From the human T2T-CHM13v2.0 reference genome, Homo sapiens: 64,000 bases of DNA. Within the stretch, counting starts at the first letter, position 1. Every line of letters starts with the position of its first letter. Below, piece after piece: positions 40,800 to 55,794 of this stretch. The position numbers were made by a program, and so were the translations under genes. The notes below the pieces were generated by a model. The model saw only the letters and a program-made list of their open reading frames with translations, had not been told where the DNA came from and made no database searches. The stretch lies in the NCBI RefSeq assembly GCF_009914755.1, contig NC_060926.1; one strand, 5' to 3'.

Positions 40800-41200
40800 T
40801 TTCATATTTGTTAATTCATCAAAAACTCATTTTACATCTATAATGTGCCAGATGCAGGGGGTATAGCAGTGAACATGACAAAGTTTCTGCCGCCTCGAAG
40901 CTTACTTTCTGATGGGGGACGCCAACAGTGAATGGACAAGAAAATAAGATGACTATAGATTGTGATAAGTGCTAAGAAGAAAAATAATCACAGAGAAACT
41001 GGGTTGAATGGGGGTATGGAAGCCACCTTAGGCAAGATTTCCAGAGCAGCTCTCTAGGGAGATGGCATTTAAGCAGAAACCTGAAGGGTGTGAAGGGGAA
41101 GACAGGTGAAGATGTAGTGGCAGAGAAGAGGTTATGTGCAAAAGTGCCAGGGTGGGAAGAAACTTAATGTGCCTAAAATTCTGGTACAGATAGCCAGAGA
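40800..41200 (-). mobile_element. L2 3' fragment
   Basis: TTCATC...CATCTATAATGTGCCAGATGC...GCATTTAAGCAGAAACCTGAAGG L2-type text. Confidence 0.6.
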
Positions 41201-41361
41201 AAGACCAAGGTCATTGTAATTCTCATCCAGGTCATTAATGCCTCATGGGTTTTGGTACCATATGCCCTAGATTTCCCAGGACAGTCACAAATATTCCATT
41301 CAGTTATTGTTGTGGATACTTGTTCTTGTGACATCATGAATCTAATTTTTAATTCAGAAAT

Positions 41362-41635
41362 ATGAGTCCAGGCTCACTCCTGTCATCCCAGCACTTTGGG
41401 AGGCTGAGGTGGGAGGATCGTTTGAGCCTGGGAGTTAAGGACCAGCCTGGGCAGCATAGGGAGACCCCATTGCTACAAAAAATTAAAAAATTTAGCCAGG
41501 CATGGTGGCGTGTGCCTATGGTCTCAGCTACTTGGGAGCCTGGAAGGTCAAGACTGCAATGTGCTGTGATCACACCATTGCACTCCAGCCTGGGTGACAG
41601 GGCAAGACCCTGTCAAAAAAAATATATATATATAT
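41362..41635 (+). mobile_element. AluJ
   Basis: Diverged dimeric Alu with A/(AT)n tail. Confidence 0.88.
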
Positions 41636-41859
41636 GACTGTGTTTTGTTTTGGAAAATGTGGTTGCCACATAATGGGTCACTGCTTGAAAACATTGCGCT
41701 GAACTATACTATCTTATAAAGAATTGTATCAGTCCCACCAACCCCATCAATCAGTCATTTGGATGACACTGTGATAGGTGAAAAACTGTTCACATGGCAG
41801 CAGCCCTAATTAGGCAACACTATCCTGCAGCCTCTCCTATCCTCAAGGTGTGGATCTGA

Positions 41860-42580
41860 ACACCTTTTTGAAGCACTGTGAAATTGTTTTCCACAACAGC
41901 CACACCATTTTAGCATCCCACCAGCAATGTATGAGAGATCCAATTCCTCCACATCGTCAAGATTTACTACTGTCTGTCTTTTTTTTACTATTGCCAGGCT
42001 GCTGGGTGTGAAATGATATCTCATTGTGGTTTTAATTTTCATTTCCTTCATGACTAATGATATTGATGATCTTTTCATAAACTTACTAGCCATTTGTATA
42101 TCTTCTTTGGATAAATGTCTATTCAAATCTATTACCCATTTTTAATCAGTTTGTCTTTTTATTGTTGAGTTCTAAGAGTTTTTTTACATATTCTGGGTAT
42201 GAGTCCCTTATATATTATTTGCAGACTTTTTTCCCATTCAGTGAGTTGTCCTATTCACTGTCTTGGTGGTACCCTTGGAAGTACAAAAGTTTTTCATTTT
42301 GATGATGTCCAATTTATTAATTTTTTCTTTTTTATGCTTTTGATGTCATATCTAGGCAACCATCACCTAATCCAAGGTCATCAAGATTTACTCCTATGTT
42401 TTCTTCTAAGAGTTTTATAGTTTTAGCTCTTACATTTAGGTAGATGATCTGTTTTGAGTTAATTTTTATATATGGTGTGAGGTAGGGGTCCAACTTTATT
42501 CTCTTGCATGTGGATATCTGGTTGTCCCAACATCGTTTGTTGAAAAGACTACTTTTTCTCCATGAAATTATCTTAGATGC
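41860..42580 (-). mobile_element. L1M ORF2 3' fragment
   Basis: ORF 41806-42126(-) MNRHLSKEDIQMASKFMKR...[12 protein letters not shown] matches L1 ORF2. Confidence 0.88.
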
Positions 42581-44056
42581 CCACAGCCTTTGAATTCAGC
42601 CAGTAGGGGACTAACTTCTCCCATGTAGAAGATGCTGAATGTTTGGGGATCCGGAAATGGAAATAATCATTAAAGAGGTTAACCTAGAAGAAATAGAAAC
42701 CATAGGCTTTGGTTGCTATTCTGTATTTGTAAAGATGCTGTTTGAGCTAATGAGTGACCTATAGATTTTTATATATTTATAAAGTAAACTATAACTTAAA
42801 TAGTGAGTGCAGTGTTTAGTAACTGCTGGTTTAGTGACCAACAACAGTCTATACATTGGATTTGTTTACTCCCAAAGGTTTTTGCTTTTTAAAAATGATT
42901 TTATAAGCATCAGCCTTGCTGCTGGACACAGGTCTGTTGAGCCAGCTGAGGAGGTGAGTGGTATGGAAAGCAGGGGGAGTTGTAACAGAGGGTGCTCTTT
43001 GACCTCTACTCTTTTATCAGTTCATTCCTTTCTTCCCCTAAAGGGAGGTAGGCATCTGGATGACCTCAACTAGAATTTGAAGGATTCTGGGATTGTCCAC
43101 TGGTTTGCTGCCTGCCACTCCCTTTCCCATTAACACAAAGGAGGGGAGCAGCAGGCCAGCCTACCTCCCGGGGATGAAAGGAGCTCTCTCTGGACTGGTA
43201 ATACCTTAATAGGCTGGTCAGAGAATTTTTCTAAGGCTATGGAGAATTATTTTAAGGCATGAGCCTTCATTTTTAGTTTAACTGCTGTTTAATAATGCCA
43301 GGAAAACATTTTTCTGTGTTACGAGTTGATTTTATGGATAGGAATAAAACAAGACTCACAAATGACAAGATGTCTTCTAAGTAAGGGATCATCAGTTGCA
43401 AGAAACTTTTTCAAAGAAGTACAGTTGAGAAGATTACAAGGTGACAAGAAAACCTTTTGGAACTCAATTACAGGGAGTGTGGCTGGTCTCTTAGGCACTG
43501 CACAGTATCACGCAGCTATTCTTTCTCTAATTATTTCTCTTGGAAGTGTCCCTGTGCATCACAGGGATTCACGTCTCTGCTTCTCTCTGGACAATACAGG
43601 CTTTTATTTTCTCTGGCTGCTTAACTCAAGGATTCATTTTGCACATGGCCACCCTCCCAAAAATCCACCTCAGTCCCCTGAGTACAATCCGTCTTGGTCC
43701 TACAGTACCAACTGAATCAATCTTTTGAGTCTTAATTCCAAATTCCCAGGAAAGAGAATCGAATTGCTCTATCATGGGTCAGAATGTCTACCAGGTCCAA
43801 ACAGCTGTAGCCTGGAGGGTGGGACAATGTTTCAAAGGGCTGCCCCTTTAAAGAAGATTCCCCACCCCTAATAAAGGGGGAATAGACTGAGAGAGAATAA
43901 ATGGCAACTTTACTACAGAAGGTGGAGTAGAAGAGAAGGAGGCAAATGATTTCTTGATGCACAGAAAAGGACAGTGATGAGAAATACTGAGTTGAGGACA
44001 AGAAAAGGTAAGTAAAGGGATACTAAAAGGGCTTACATTAAAAATATTGGTGATAT

Positions 44057-44510
<454 letters not shown>

Positions 44511-46819
44511 TTATCCCCTGCTGGTCTGGTGTCAGGGGTGATGGGTTAGAGGGGCGCAGATGGAAATGAGGCTGATATTGGCAGGCACTGGGGAGGTGGC
44601 TTGATGGTACTCACAGGAGGCTTCCTGGGGCTGGCACAGTGGCCAAGGTAGTGGAGGTGGGGATGAGGGACAGCTGTTATTTACCAACTGGTAAAGAAAT
44701 AGTTCCATATTTTAACTGGTAGAGATACTGGTGCATACCTGCTGAACATCAACCATGGCAACGAGTGAAAAGGTTTCACGAGTGAACCGTTGGATGATTT
44801 AGTGAGTGTAGCTATCTAACATATTTTGAAAATGAATTTTCCTAAGGCTAGATTTAAAACTTGCTTAAGGCTCCTTATTGCCTGCATGATGAGAGTCAAA
44901 CTCCCACAAGATGTTCTCCACGGTCTATTATGATCTTCTCCCTGGCTTCTCTTCCAGCCTGATGTCCCTCCCTGTCTTAACATCCTCCAGCCACATCACA
45001 CACCTTGCAGTTCCCTGAATCTGGCATCCTATTTTGTGTTTCCTCATCCCTGTGTGTATCATTTTGGTTGCCTGAAATGACCCCTCCTTTCTCCACTTAT
45101 GCAGTCCTTCACTTCCTTCAATATCAATGCAAGTGCCACCTCTCCCTGAAGCCTTATCTGACAGCTCAAGACTATCTTGTCCTCCTTTCTCTATGCATCT
45201 GGGCTACCATGCACGTTCCTCCCTTCTGGAGTCATTGCATCGTGTTGCATTTGTTGACTTACCCATGTTTCCATCTGGTTTGAATTTCATGTGTGTGTCC
45301 CTGTGCCTAGCACCTTGTCATGGGCATAGTAAGTGCTTTGGATATTATTCTTTATATTTCAAATTATTTGGAAGGAGCAAGGTGTGGAATAGGGGTGAGA
45401 TTTCTATAGAACTCATTTTATACATACTTCGTGAAGATAAAAACCCAAAAATATTATTCTCAGCTGGCATTGAGAGGCAGGATTCAGAATCTTCTTTTTT
45501 AAGAGAATATTTGAATGGCAATAATGACTGATTATTGCTGTGTTCTTAGACACCAAATTTGATTTGACTTCTTCCTTATACTTCTCTACTGGCCTAGATG
45601 GAAAATACAGCCATTGAGGACATAATGTTTCCTACTGGAATATGGCCATGGCCCTTACAATGAATGAGACATTCCTTTTGAATGTTTGTGCGTAAGGTAT
45701 TTTGACTGTATTATAAGAAAAATCATGATTTGCATCCCTTTCAATGTAAGAAATGTGGTCTTTTAAGCAACTTTTGAAAATCTGTTCAAGTGTTTATAAG
45801 AGGGAAGTGAAGTCCAGATGTCTGCAGAGATTGTAAGGCAGCATCTGCCAGCTCTAACTAAATTTGTCTTTCCTGGCCTAGAAGAGTTTTACCCAAACAT
45901 ACAGAAGTAGGGCTTCGAGGGAAGACCCCTGGAGAAAGTGACTTTTGAAGGCTGAAGAGCGGTTTGGCAGGGAGGTGGAAAAAGAATGGGGAAGGAGGGA
46001 AAGACAGGGCAGGAACAGCTTATGCAGAGGCTCAGGGGCTTAAAATAGCAGGGTCCCTTGAAGCAAGAATAAGTAGCTCAATGTTACCAGAATGACAGAT
46101 GAGAGTGAGGAGGGTACGGTGGGAGATGAAGCTGGAATAAGTGGGCTGGAGCTAGATAGCTAAGGGATTTACCGCTCATTCCACAAGTTATGGAGACCAG
46201 TGAGTTCATTTAAACAAGGCAAGAGAAGGCCAATTTACATTTTAGGAAGATCGTTGCAGGAGTATTTCACTTTGTTTTTATTAACCTTTTCTTCTGATTC
46301 CTTTCTCCTCTTTTCCTTCAATGCCAGACTTCTCAGAAGAGGGAGCGTGGCATTGTGCATGGGGATTGGGGTCCCATGGGATTGAACACTGCATGGGCTC
46401 TGTCTCTAACCAGACATGTGACTTTGGGCATGGCAGTTACCTTTTCTGGGCCTCGGTTTCCTCATTTATAAATCCCTAAGATCCTTCCAAAATCTCTTCT
46501 AAGTTAAAGTCATGAGGTTCTTAGTTGTCTCCATTTACTGCCCCCGTTTTCTTTATCTCTCATTCACTTTTCAACATAGTGAACTGGTTTCTACTTCCGC
46601 CAGCCACTGGAGTTCTCTGGAGCGACTTCAGTGACCTCCATTGCTAGGTGGAGCCACATCGTGCTTAACCTCTTCACAGCACTGGGTCAGCTGATCACCT
46701 TCTCCTCAGTGCCTATCCTTTTCTTTCCTCATCATTGTGGTCCCCTGGTTTTCTCTTACCTCCCCTGCCCTTTGCCTCCTCTCCCTAGGCCTACCTGATA
46801 CATACAGGGGCCGGTCAGT

Positions 46820-47531
<712 letters not shown>

Positions 47532-47619
47532 TAATAATGCATGTGTTTTATGTGTGTATGCATTGTCTTCTTCAAGGCATCTTTTCTCTCCTTTTCTCTT
47601 CATGCCATGCTCTTTTCCT

Positions 47620-48270
47620 AAGACCTCTTACCCACTGCCTCTTCCCTGCTTCCATCCTTGCCTTTCCCTTCTATTCTAAACACAGCAGCCAGAGTTATCT
47701 GGTTACAATAAGTAATTGCAGTCTTTGCTGTATAAGGTTGTGCGGTTGAACAGGTCGTGTCAATTCTCTGCCTTGAACCCTCAGAGGAAAAGCCAGAGTC
47801 CTTGTTATGGCTTCTGAGTCCCTACTTGGGGATTTGGCCCCTTTTACCTCTGCGATCCAGTCTGTTTTCCCTACATTCCTTGATCCACTCCAGCCACACT
47901 GGCCTTCTAGCTGCTGCTTGAATACCCAGGTGCTCTTCTGCCGCAGGGCCTTTGTACTCTTTTGCACTCTTTCTGCCTGGATCCTTGTCCCCTCAGACAT
48001 TCACATGACATTACTCACTTCCCTTAGGTGCCTGATCAGTGTTACCTTAACTGATTACTCTATTTAAAATTCAAACTCTTCTCTAACACATTCCTTATTG
48101 CACATCCTTGTTTTTTTTTCCTTAGTATTTCTTTTGATCCATCTTGGCTCTTTAAAATATAAGCTGTATTTGGGCAGGGCTGTTTCGTTCACTGCTCTGC
48201 CTACAGTTCTCATAATGGAGCCTGGCATGTAGAAGGTGCTTAAGAAGTGTTTGTTGAATGAACAAATGAA
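47620..48270 (+). mobile_element. L2 3' end
   Basis: CCAGCCACACTGGCCTTC...GCCTGGCATGTAGAAGGTGCT...TTTGTTGAATGAAC. Confidence 0.8.
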
Positions 48271-48404
48271 AGACTTGTGCATGACTTTTATTTGTTTTTG
48301 GATGATACCCTTAGAATTTCTGCTTAGAATAGGACTTCTTTTTTGTACCCCCTTTGACAGGCTATGAAGCCTATAGACACCATCTCAGAATAATAGGCTT
48401 GTTT

Positions 48405-49090
48405 GTTCTGTTTTACACTTTTATTGCAGTGTAATACAGATACAGAAAAGTACATATATCATAGTGTACAGCTGGATCAATTCTCACAAACCCAACACAC
48501 CTGTAACCTTGCTCACATCAAAAAATCAATACCATCCATACCACAGACAGCACCTCATGCCCTTTTCCAGTGACAATCCCCACTGCAAAGGTGACCTCCA
48601 TCCTCACTTTTAAGAGCATAGCTTAGTTTTGCTTAAGGTACTTTTAAAAGGAATGGTACAGTTTGCATTCTTTTATGTCTAGCTCCTTTCAGTCAATACT
48701 ATGTTGATGAGATTCATTTGTGTTTCTACATGCTTATTTTCAGTTCTGTATTTTTTGTTGTGTGGAAATACTGGAGTTTATCTGTTCTACTGTTTATGGG
48801 CCTTTGGATGGTTTGCAGTTTCCTTTGGCTACTCGTACAAGCATTCTAGCACAAGTGAACATATATGCAGTTCCACCTAGGAGTGGTATTGTTAGGTCAC
48901 GGGGTGCACATATGGTACTTGCTAGATACTGTCAAATGGTTTTCCAAAGTGGTTGCATCTGGCCAGATGCGGTGGCTCACTCCTGTAATCCCAGCACTTT
49001 GGGAGGCCAAGGTGGGCAGATCACATGAGACCAGGAGTTTGAGACCAAAGTGGTTGTGTCGATTTATACTTCCACCATCACAGAATAGTG
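48405..49090 (-). mobile_element. Old L1M 3' fragment containing a tail-less Alu 5' fragment (48961-49047, +)
   Basis: L1M 3'UTR text; 87-bp Alu left-arm start flanked by direct repeat CCAAAGTGGTTG. Confidence 0.7.
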
Positions 49091-49519
49091 TTTTCTCATG
49101 TATAAAGTAAAATATATACATATATTCTATAGGAAATTCTTTTGAAATATGGTTATAAAAATAGTTTTAATATGTAGGTATATGTTATATGTGCTTCTTT
49201 ATTAACACATACAATTAAAAGTTTTAGTAGTTCTTATAATTACTATGATTTAAAAGTAGGGATGAATATGCCTGATGTTTGAGATATCTGCAACAAATGT
49301 AATGTGATATGAAAATTCTGTGTTTTACCAGTCACAAGGTCGCAGGTGCTGCTAACACTTCTATGGTTTGTTGATTACCTTTTGAATGATAGGAAATCTT
49401 AGTGTGTTACAAGTTAGTGAAAATGAAGGTATAATTTTTAATCTAAGTTCATCAACCTCCTGAAATCTATAAAAGGGTACATGGACCCCCAGGTTAAGAA
49501 ACCCTTAAGGAAAATGACT

Positions 49520-50470
49520 TACAACAAAGATTTCTTGAGTGCCTCCTGTGTGTCATACCCTGTGTGAGGCGCTGGGGACCCAGCAGCACACAGCACACAG
49601 CACACATCTCCTCTCAATGAACTTGCAGTCACGAGGGCAGGAGTCCACATATGCACAGCCAGATATGGTTAGTTACCCAAAGTGTGTGAGAGCCTCAGGA
49701 CATACTCCTAGCCCATTCATGGGAGGCGGTTGGTGGTTAGGGAAGGCTTTCTGGAAGAAGGGGCATCATTAGATTTAGGCTGTATACCTGTCACTCTGGC
49801 TACAGTGTGGATAATGGATTGGAGGAAACAAGTCTGCAAGCACTTGAAGTAATCCAGGTGTGAAGTAATTGTGGTAGAATGCAAAGAGAACTATGAATAC
49901 GTTCTGGAGACTCTTGATTCCTGGTGATGGATTGGATATGGGAGAGGGCATTGGGAGTAGGGTAGAAAGAAGGCAGGTAGGTGTAACGTAGTGGTCAAGT
50001 TTCTGACTTAGTCAGCTGGTTGAATGGTGATGACCATTCACTGAAACAGAATGAGGAGCAGCTTCAGGGTCAGGGGAGATGAGTTCAGCTTTGAACATAT
50101 TTAGATTGAGGTGTCTGTGAGACATCCAAGAGGTGGTTATACATTTATATGGGCCCTTGCTCAGGAGAGAGCTGTGAGAGTTTCGGTGTATGTGTAGGAG
50201 TGGGTGAGATACCCAGAGAAGGTAGGGAGGAAAGAAAAGATCCCAGGGTCAGGACTTTGAGAAAGATCAACTTTTTAGAAACCAGCAGATAAAGGGGTAC
50301 TTATGAAAGATGGGAATGGTCACAGGGGTAGGAGGCAAACCAGGGAAGTAGAATGCCCTTGAAACCAAGAACAGAGAGAGTGTCAAGAAGATGCTCAGCA
50401 GACTCAGCAGAGTAGAAGAAGGTGAGTCTGGAAAACGGCCCAGTGGATTTAGCAATAAGAGGTCATTGAT
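49520..50470 (-). mobile_element. L2 fragments
   Basis: GTAATCCAGGTGTGA...GAGTTCAGCTTTGAACAT...GGATTTAGCAATAAGAGGTCATTG L2-type text. Confidence 0.65.
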
Positions 50471-52850
50471 GAATTGCTTTTACTACATAAACACTGGGAA
50501 TGATGATTTTTCTCTGGATTGTACTTTCATCTGGGTTTTAAGCTTTCTGTTATAGCAATACGAATGTCCAAGGGTCATTTCCTTTCAGGTTTACTTTTCT
50601 TCTTACATCTGCTTTATATATTTTCCTCATGCTCTAGTGAGTTTTATGCTGCAGTGGTAGTAGGCAGTCCTTTCAGCTTAATGACTTCTATCTCTAGCAG
50701 ACTCTAGCTCTTTTTTTTTTTTCTTGGGACAATAAGAGATATTGTTACAGATGTTGCTTCTTGGTAAAAAGACTTGCAGGCCTATTTTTCTGCAGAGTAG
50801 ATATGAACACATTCACTTTGACTGGCCCTGTTTATGTATGTGAGGGGTTGGCCTACTGATAATGACTTTGCAGGTCATCTTTCTTGCCTTGAGTGAAATT
50901 CAGTTTCTAGTCCATATGATAAAAATGTAATAGAAGAGATATAAATTCTATAAATTTATAATTATTTTCTTCCCAGAATGTCAACAACTTGGATTTTTTT
51001 ATAATCTATGGGAGAAAAATGAGAAGCTACTTAAGTTAAACAAACGTGTTCAGTGCTTACTCTGTAAATGACAGTGCAGCCCACACGATCACAGCGATCC
51101 AGGCAGGAACCACTGAGTGCCTGGATACTCCTTCCCTCCTCATTCTTATTGTCCAGAGAGCCCCAAGTGCAGCTGATCTTGGCCTCTCTATCTTACTGCT
51201 TCTGCCCTGGTCCACATCCCTGGTTTTGTGTGGATGGTTACAATAGAGTACTAACTGGTCTCCTGGCTTTGATGGTTACTCCCCTAGCCCATCCTCTGCT
51301 CAAGAACCTGGTGAACTTAAACAAAAAAATTCAGATTTAATGAGCCCACTCCTAAGGATTCTGATTCAGTAGGTATAGGTGTGAGGCCCCAAAATCTGCA
51401 TTTAAAAAGTTGCCATAGAAATATATATATAGGTGTATATAAATAAGTACACACGCACACACACACACACTTCCTTGCTCTTTCTGTTAAGATTACTAAG
51501 AAAGCAGTGACACATCAGCACCAGAAACATGACTAGCACCAAGAATTCAGTTTCTAAAGACTGTTCTCCACAAAAAAGAACAGAACTCCTTGGAGAAAAA
51601 GCTGATTCTAGGCCTGGGGCAGTGAAAGCACAAGATACATCTGGAATATCTTCTTGTGCTAGAAAATATAGCAGTGCTTAAAGAATAAGGGGAGATATTA
51701 AAATGACATGAGAGCCAGCTTGAAGGGACTTCCATTGGCGACATCTGGGATAATTTGAGCATGAATTATAATCTGTAGAATAAAATAAAAATCCTTGCAT
51801 CCATAGTGATATAAATAACTCAATGGGGAGAAGGCAAAGCTCTTCCTTGTATAGAAAGCCAAGTATTAAATATAGCTGGAATGATGGAGTTAGAAAACCA
51901 ATGGATGCTATAACTAGTGATGAAGTTTTGTTGAGAAACGTGATTTTACATTGTCCTCCACCACCAGATAGTTAATATTTACAAAGGACAAACAATAAGT
52001 ACAGTGGAGAAACCTGGCAACCCACCATAACTAAATTCAAATTAACATTCATAACAATGGGACAAACCACACCATTAAAAGAAAAAAAGATTCCTCAAGT
52101 GGTTTTAGTCTCCAGAATTTCTGCTCTATGCTAGCACTGGAATTAGTGTTCTGTGGCACAGATCTGATCTGTCTCTGCCTTGCTTAAAAACTCCGGCCAA
52201 CTCTATTGCTTCTGGAATGCGACCCTACCCCCACCTTTTTGCCATTATCTCTTGCCACAGCTCTGTTTCCCCGACTTTCCTACCTTTGGTCCCATCACCC
52301 ATACTCCTTGCAGTAAGTCAAAGGGTATATGTGTCTCCATGTTACTGCCCACAGCCTTGCTGCTGAAAGTGCCTTCCAGGTCTCTGGAATCTGAATTTGT
52401 GGCAGATTCATATAAGCCAAGAGACAACTACAGTGTCACCATCTCTGTGAAGCCCTCCCTGATTTCATGGGGGCAGAACTAATGTCTGTTTCCTCCTTGC
52501 CACTGTAGCATTTTCTCCGTCTCTTAAACACGTCTCAATTCTGCTATGACTTTCCATTTGTGTGTCTCTCCACCCCAGTTATGCAGGCGACTGGCCCCTC
52601 TGTGTCCCGGAGGCTCTTTATGTGGTGGAAAAAGCTAGGGCTTCAGTGCCAGTCACACCTAGGTTTGAATCTGATTCTACCACTTCTTAGTTGTTACACA
52701 GCCAGCCTCAGCTTCTTCCTCTAGACACACTGGTAGATTGTTATTGAGAATTCAATTCAGTAAAGCATATAAGGAGCTTTGCAAAGTGAGTTGAAGAATG
52801 ACATAAAAGAGAAAGAAACCTCACTCTAGGCCCTGAGTAAGTTTTTTCAC

Positions 52851-53429
52851 ACGTAAGTCCTCACTGAATTTCATCATTGATAGGTCTTTGGAAACTGTGA
52901 CTTTAAACAAAACAATGTACAACAAACCAATTTTACCATCAGCCGATTGATATAAAGAGTTAAATTCCTACGCATATTTCTGGCCACAGGAAAATCACTA
53001 ACCTAACTAAAGACCAAAATGCTTATCATATTAAACATTAAAGTAAATGGGAGCTATCTAGATGTTTAAGAAAAGTTAATAAAAACTAGTAAGATAATGA
53101 TTTACTCGTTTATTCAGTTCAGGGTCCCGGGTGGCTGGAGCCTATCCCCGCAGCTCAGGGTACAAGGTGGGAACCAGCCCTGGACAGGACGCAGTCACGT
53201 CGCAGGGTGCACGCACACACACAGTTGCACTCATGTAGCACTCATGGAGACACACCAGTTCACTGAACATGCACATCTTTGGAATGTGGGAGGAAAGCAG
53301 AGCACCTGGAGAAAACCCTCGCAGACGTGGGGAGATCGTGCGAACTCCAAATGACAGTGGCCCTGGCCAGGAATTGATATTTTTTCTCATCAATGTTGTA
53401 ACAAGACAATGTTATTCAAGGACCTGCTG
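52851..53429 (+). mobile_element. MER82 (TcMar-Tigger family)
   Basis: GTAAGTCCTCACT...GGAAACTGTGACTTTAA...GGAGCCTATCCC...GTTATTCAAGGACCTGCTG|TA matches recalled MER82. Confidence 0.8.
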
Positions 53430-54903
53430 TATATATCTATTATTTTCAAAGACGTATTTTATATATATGCATTTTTCCCTGTAATCCTGAAGAGAATTCA
53501 GAGGTATAGTTACATGGCTAGTAACCAACAGACCCAACTTTGAACCTATTTCTGACTCCAAAGCCATGTTCTTTCTATTACATGGGAACTCATAAACCAG
53601 GAGAGACAGAGCCAAAATTACCTTAAATAAGAAGCCCATAGTGAAAAATGTTAAGCTAGAGTTGTAGTCTCTAAACTTTTTTTGATTGTATACCTCTCTT
53701 GGTAAAATACTCTTGTGCAACTCCCACTATAGGAATATTTGTTTTTTTATATATTTATGTTATATACTTGTATTATTGTGCTAACATTATATTATAAAAC
53801 ACATATAACATTTACATTAAATTTATATGTGAATGCAATTTACATATAAATTTCTTACTATACTCCCCCAAATCATCTTGCACATATCTTTGAAAACCCC
53901 TGAACTAGAGAATAGAGGAAGGAAGGTAAATTTGACTAGTGGGGTTTTGGAAGAACCCATTCTGGAAGAGATGGCATTTGGGTGGCCTCTAGGAGGATGT
54001 TAGGAAGTTAGCTGGCACACTGGGTGGGGGAAAGCATTGCAGGTTGAGGTCACAGTTAGGATGAAGACAATGCATTGGACAATTCTGGGCATTTACATTG
54101 AACAATGGTAGTTGGGCCAGAGGAGAGTTGTGGGGGGTGGGGGGAATCTAGAAAATAATAATGTAGCACACTTAGAAATGCAGCTGTGAGACAGGCGGCC
54201 TTCTGAGCTAAAGAGATTGCTTTATGTTAGCAGTCTTTTGTGGGGAAAAGAAGGACCCATAATGGTGGTAGCCTAGAAGAAAACAAGAGCTGGCTGAGTG
54301 CCTAAGGGGCCAGAGGAAGGGATGTAAACCCATGGGAATGTCCTTGGGTGGCAAAGTGACCCCGAGGGATAAATTTGCAGGAACATGTAGGTGATTTCAC
54401 ATTTGGACTGGATAAAAATCCAAATGCGGAGGTGAGCCATGGAAGCTTTGAAAGATGTTAGTGACTGTGACTGGATCTGGATTTTAGACATACGGACTTA
54501 TAAAAAAGTAGCATGGACAGGGGAGTGGGGTGTGCAGAGTCAGGGAGGCCAGTGTGAAGGAATGACCTCTGGAACGCAGAGCAGGGGGAGCAGGAGGGAG
54601 ACAGTGGAGAGGCAAAGGGGGCATTCATGGGATGAGGAAGTGGGAGAGGGAGGAGCAAATGCATTAGATGACTAGGAAGTTGTGGGTCAGTTAGGGGAGA
54701 GAGGGACCGAGGAGGAGGATTGGGTTCTGGGGTGGGAGGATGGGGGCCTATTTCAGACATGCTGAGTTTGAGGTGCCTATTGAAAATTTAACTATGGACA
54801 TTAGAAGTGCACAGAAGAGACCTTGCCTATTCAGGTGTCAGTCACCACTGTATTAGGTGCAACTAGAAGGATGGGAATGCATGTGTATAACACAACACAC
54901 ACA

Positions 54904-54906
<3 letters not shown>

Positions 54907-54962
<56 letters not shown>
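54907..54962. repeat. (AC)28 microsatellite
   Basis: Uninterrupted AC run, preceded by imperfect AC units from ~54890. Confidence 0.97.
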
Positions 54963-54965
<3 letters not shown>

Positions 54966-55493
54966 GCCATGCAGGCCTTCCCAGTGAGGGAGTGAGGGAA
55001 AGAAGGCATTGTGGGGTGCGGAGAAGAGGGCCTGCCTGCCTGCACACTGGTTTGGGGGAGTCTTTACAAGAGAAGGGATGCTGGAGGCGAGTCTTTAAGG
55101 CAGGAAGGATTCTCCGGGTATGAGGTCTAGGAAGACTGTCCTGCTATTGACTCCAGGGTAGATGAGAAGGACCAGGTTTGGTGAAGCAGAGAGGTATTAC
55201 AGAACACTGAATTCAGTTTAGAAGTGGTTAATCTTGGGACAGACTATTCTTTTAAGGGTAACTTCCCAAGGAGGGAACAGGTTGGCAGTCTTGACTGCAG
55301 GTCTGATCTTCAGGAAGGTGGTTGGATGGAGATCCAGGTGGGATAGTGCCTTCTATGAAAGGTAGCCAGATGGATAAAGGTGAGACTCATGTCACAGACA
55401 CTGACTGAGTGCCTGCCAGGAGATACTGATGGAGGTTAACATATGGGTGAGGTGAAATGCATGTGAAATGAAAAGGCACAAGACCTTAAGACA

Positions 55494-55794
<301 letters not shown>

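Noticed and set aside
54853-55123. Poly-HT / poly-CV ORFs
   Set aside because: Translation of the (AC)n microsatellite.
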